In this document: piece after piece, positions 35,086 through 37,005 of the stretch
How the letters are laid out: every line of letters begins with the position of its first letter
Numbering within the stretch: position 1 is the first letter of the stretch
From: Bradymonadales bacterium
GTDB lineage: Bacteria > Bdellovibrionota > UBA2394
Direction: 5' to 3'
Length of the DNA stretch: 37,005 bases
Assembly: GCA_007693605.1 (NCBI GenBank)
Contig: REDG01000060.1
Span: 1 to 37,005, forward strand
The notes under the pieces: model-generated
Seen by the model: the letters and a program-made list of their open reading frames with translations, nothing else
What the model was told of the DNA's origin: nothing
Database searches by the model: none
Program-made: the position numbers and the translations under genes

Positions 35086-35155
35086 AGAATTTTGGTTTTG
35101 AATGAAACAAGAGGCGGCTCTTTCGCGATGATCTTGTTCACACTCAAGAACTCGA

Positions 35156-35239
35156 GCCGGTATGGCGGAATTGGCAGACGCGTCAGACTCAAAATCTGAT
35201 GCCCGCAAGGGCGTGTCCGTTCGACCCGGACTACCGGCA
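35156..35239 (+). tRNA. tRNA-Leu(CAA); CCA not encoded
   Basis: Acceptor GCCGGTA/TACCGGC+A, D arm GGCGGAATTGGCAGACGC, anticodon stem TCAGA/TCTGA with CAA at 35190-35192, long variable arm GCCCGCAAGGGC, T arm GTTCGA. Confidence 0.97.
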
Positions 35240-35511
35240 GTTTCTTTCACAGAATTTATATCTGCGATCGTACGGAAGTATTACAAGTCGCTCCTTCCTG
35301 CTTGCCCCCTCTTAAGCTGATTATTGTCTGGGCGAAACAGAAGTGTGCTTAGCACGAGACAATCACGCTGCCGTGGCAGATCCTAATCAACGATAAAGAC
35401 TCAATCCCTCACTCACCCAGATCATCAGGCCCATAGCCTACGAAAAATAGTGTTTCAATCTTTCATTTCACTGCATTTCAAAACTTGGTAACTTTCTGGC
35501 AACAGGTCCGA

Positions 35512-35901
35512 TTAAATCTTTTGATGAATTTGCTTTGGTTCAAATTCGAAGATAATTTTGTCATATAAGGCTTTAGGCTGAAACCGCTCGCGCTTCCCAT
35601 CTTTCACAGACTTTAACTTAATGAGACCCAAGCTTTCGAGAGCTTTGGCATCCCTCAGAACATTGGCTTGATCCTTACTCAAAACATCGGCCAGCTCGTA
35701 CAGAGAAGAAGGCTTATGCTCCACGATACCGGCAAAAACTTCAAATCGACTTTTTGAAATCAGCTTCATCATTGTATCCAGACTGTCGCAAAGCATTTCA
35801 TTGCCTCTCACATAGGGCTTCCCAGTCGTCATCACTTCCTTCAATTTATCGAAAGCTACAGCCTTTGGGTTATGCTTAAATCGAAATGTAAAAGTCTTCA
35901 T
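35512..35901 (-). CDS. winged-HTH DNA-binding protein, putative antitoxin
   Basis: ISKSRFEVF...PSSLYELADVLSKDQANVLRDAKALESLGLI HTH. ATGA overlap with the upstream gene. Confidence 0.8.
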   Translation of the reverse strand: MKTFTFRFKHNPKAVAFDKLKEVMTTGKPYVRGNEMLCDSLDTMMKLISKSRFEVFAGIVEHKPSSLYELADVLSKDQANVLRDAKALESLGLIKLKSVKDGKRERFQPKALYDKIIFEFEPKQIHQKI

Positions 35902-36230
35902 ATGTCTATATCCTCCGCAAATTTTCCAAAATGTTCTTTAACACACTTAAAGAATAGTCTCTTCGCTTGATCCACCGAAACCCATTCAAATGGCTTACCT
36001 TCTAGCTCATCATCGATATGAATGTGCGGCCCTTTCGGCGGATGTGAATCGAATAAGACCCGTCGCTCAGGGGCCTCTGGATCGAAGGCAATCCAGCTAA
36101 ATCTATGGCCACCAGGAAAGTCTTTCGTGTTTACCCTTGGAATCTTGTACAAATCCATAAAAACCACCAAGATTTCTCCACTTTTGAGCACAATCGAAAA
36201 ACGAATCTCAAAGATCAATTCAGCATCCAC
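35898..36230 (-). CDS. DUF6516/TumE-like putative toxin
   Basis: P...FPGGHRFS...RVLFDSHPPKGPHIHID...PFEWVS pattern, 110 aa, upstream of an HTH partner. Confidence 0.7.
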   Translation of the reverse strand: MDAELIFEIRFSIVLKSGEILVVFMDLYKIPRVNTKDFPGGHRFSWIAFDPEAPERRVLFDSHPPKGPHIHIDDELEGKPFEWVSVDQAKRLFFKCVKEHFGKFAEDIDI

Positions 36231-36244
36231 ACATGAACGCTAAC

Positions 36245-36260
36245 ACATATATGTATCATA
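36245..36260 (-). promoter_or_regulatory. candidate -10 box and operator of the TA-like pair
   Basis: Minus-strand TATGAT (36260-36255) directly followed by the perfect palindrome ACATATATGT (36245-36254), about 15 bp before the GTG start. Confidence 0.4.
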
Positions 36261-36515
36261 CTACAACTATTTGGAGGCCTTGAGAAGCCCCCAACTCTAC
36301 GCGCTTTTGGCTAGCTTTAAGAGGGTCTAGAGGGGGTCGGCGGGGTGCCAGCCCGACGGTCATAGGGCGCCTATGACTTAACAAGCATTGTAAAACTTTT
36401 TTATTATGATCTTTAAAGCATAGATATGATGAACTCATGGCCGGCGGCAGTATGTCGAGCTGGAAGTTTCAATGCATATTCTTTAGTGGTCTCATCGAAA
36501 TGGGTGGCGGTCTTT

Positions 36516-37005
36516 GTGGCCCCTCCTTCGAGATCAGCTGTATCTTTTATTCTGTAGGTTGCGCAGTTCATGCTGATGTACTTGGCTTGCGTGGGCGGCC
36601 TCGGCCCCCGAAGTTCGTCAGGAATTGAGCTGAGCCAGAGTTGCCAGCCGACCGCTAGACGACCACTAAACTTACCTGAACTCGATGGGAAGTACGAACT
36701 TAGAACTCAGCCTCCAAAGCAGTTCAAGGAGGTCGATATTGGGAACATTGGGCTGAAGGTGGACGGCCGACTAGTTGCTCCGGACTCCAGTGGAACTGAA
36801 GCGCATGTATTTGGATTTCTTTGATGACCATAGAGAGATCGTCTGAGAAACTTTGAGAATGGAGAACCTCGCGCCAAGTTTAAAGAGGCAAAGGTTGCTG
36901 ATAGAGGGTTTTTTTTCCGGGTCAACAGACAGAGTTCGGGTCGAAAGGTATGGACTGCGGGCGTTTGACTGGAGGGGGTAACACTTAGGGATTTGGGGGA
37001 TCGGC
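36516..37005 (+). pseudogene. probable decayed lipoprotein gene
   Basis: The frame from GTG 36516 reads MAPPSRSAVSFIL*VAQFMLMYLAC (lipobox, TAG at 36555-36557). It stays open to 36824, hits clustered stops, then resumes with protein-like sequence. Confidence 0.35.

Noticed and set aside
1..35239. Apparent abundance of TCGA/CGATCG words as a HIP1-like signal
   Set aside because: Cannot be quantified by eye and may reflect frequent CGA/ATC/GAT codons. It needs a Markov-corrected k-mer count.
34990..35250. 86-aa minus-strand ORF
   Set aside because: Antisense to tRNA-Leu and rpsR.
35240..35511. Integrase remnant or att site after the tRNA
   Set aside because: No substantial ORF and no copy of the tRNA 3' end found. 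Only a short ATTGTCT...AGACAAT inverted repeat, too weak to call.

Overview
A gene-dense bacterial chromosomal window. Gene content suggests a deltaproteobacterial-type lineage (Bdellovibrionota/Myxococcota-like); this is inferred from DUF1844, the Gld-like ABC cluster with DUF4340, a stand-alone AstA and the sigma54 system. From left to right: (1) a minus-strand operon (acyl-CoA synthetase, M20 amidohydrolase, astA, pyk, psd, trmB, small beta-barrel); (2) a large GLUG/Ig-like lipoprotein with a sigma54-type promoter; (3) a three-gene envelope operon of a FadL-like outer-membrane channel, a 567-aa secreted protein with BPI/LBP (TULIP)-like motifs and a lipoprotein, divergent from an XRE-cupin regulator; (4) a long operon with a membrane histidine kinase, an NtrC-like regulator lacking GAFTGA, a Gld-like ABC system, DUF4340, DUF1844 and DegP; (5) a divergent HNH / rluD-pgeF block whose two outer ends carry inverted copies of a modular, highly structured repeat family; (6) housekeeping genes (cvpA, CPBP protease, eno, coaD, aminotransferase, rpmB, rpsR) and tRNA-Leu(CAA); (7) an AT-richer islet with a DUF6516/TumE-like plus HTH toxin-antitoxin-like pair and a probable pseudogene. 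The best candidates for new biology are the FadL-TULIP-lipoprotein operon and the nested structured repeats around the HNH gene. All family calls come from motif recognition by eye; no database search was run.
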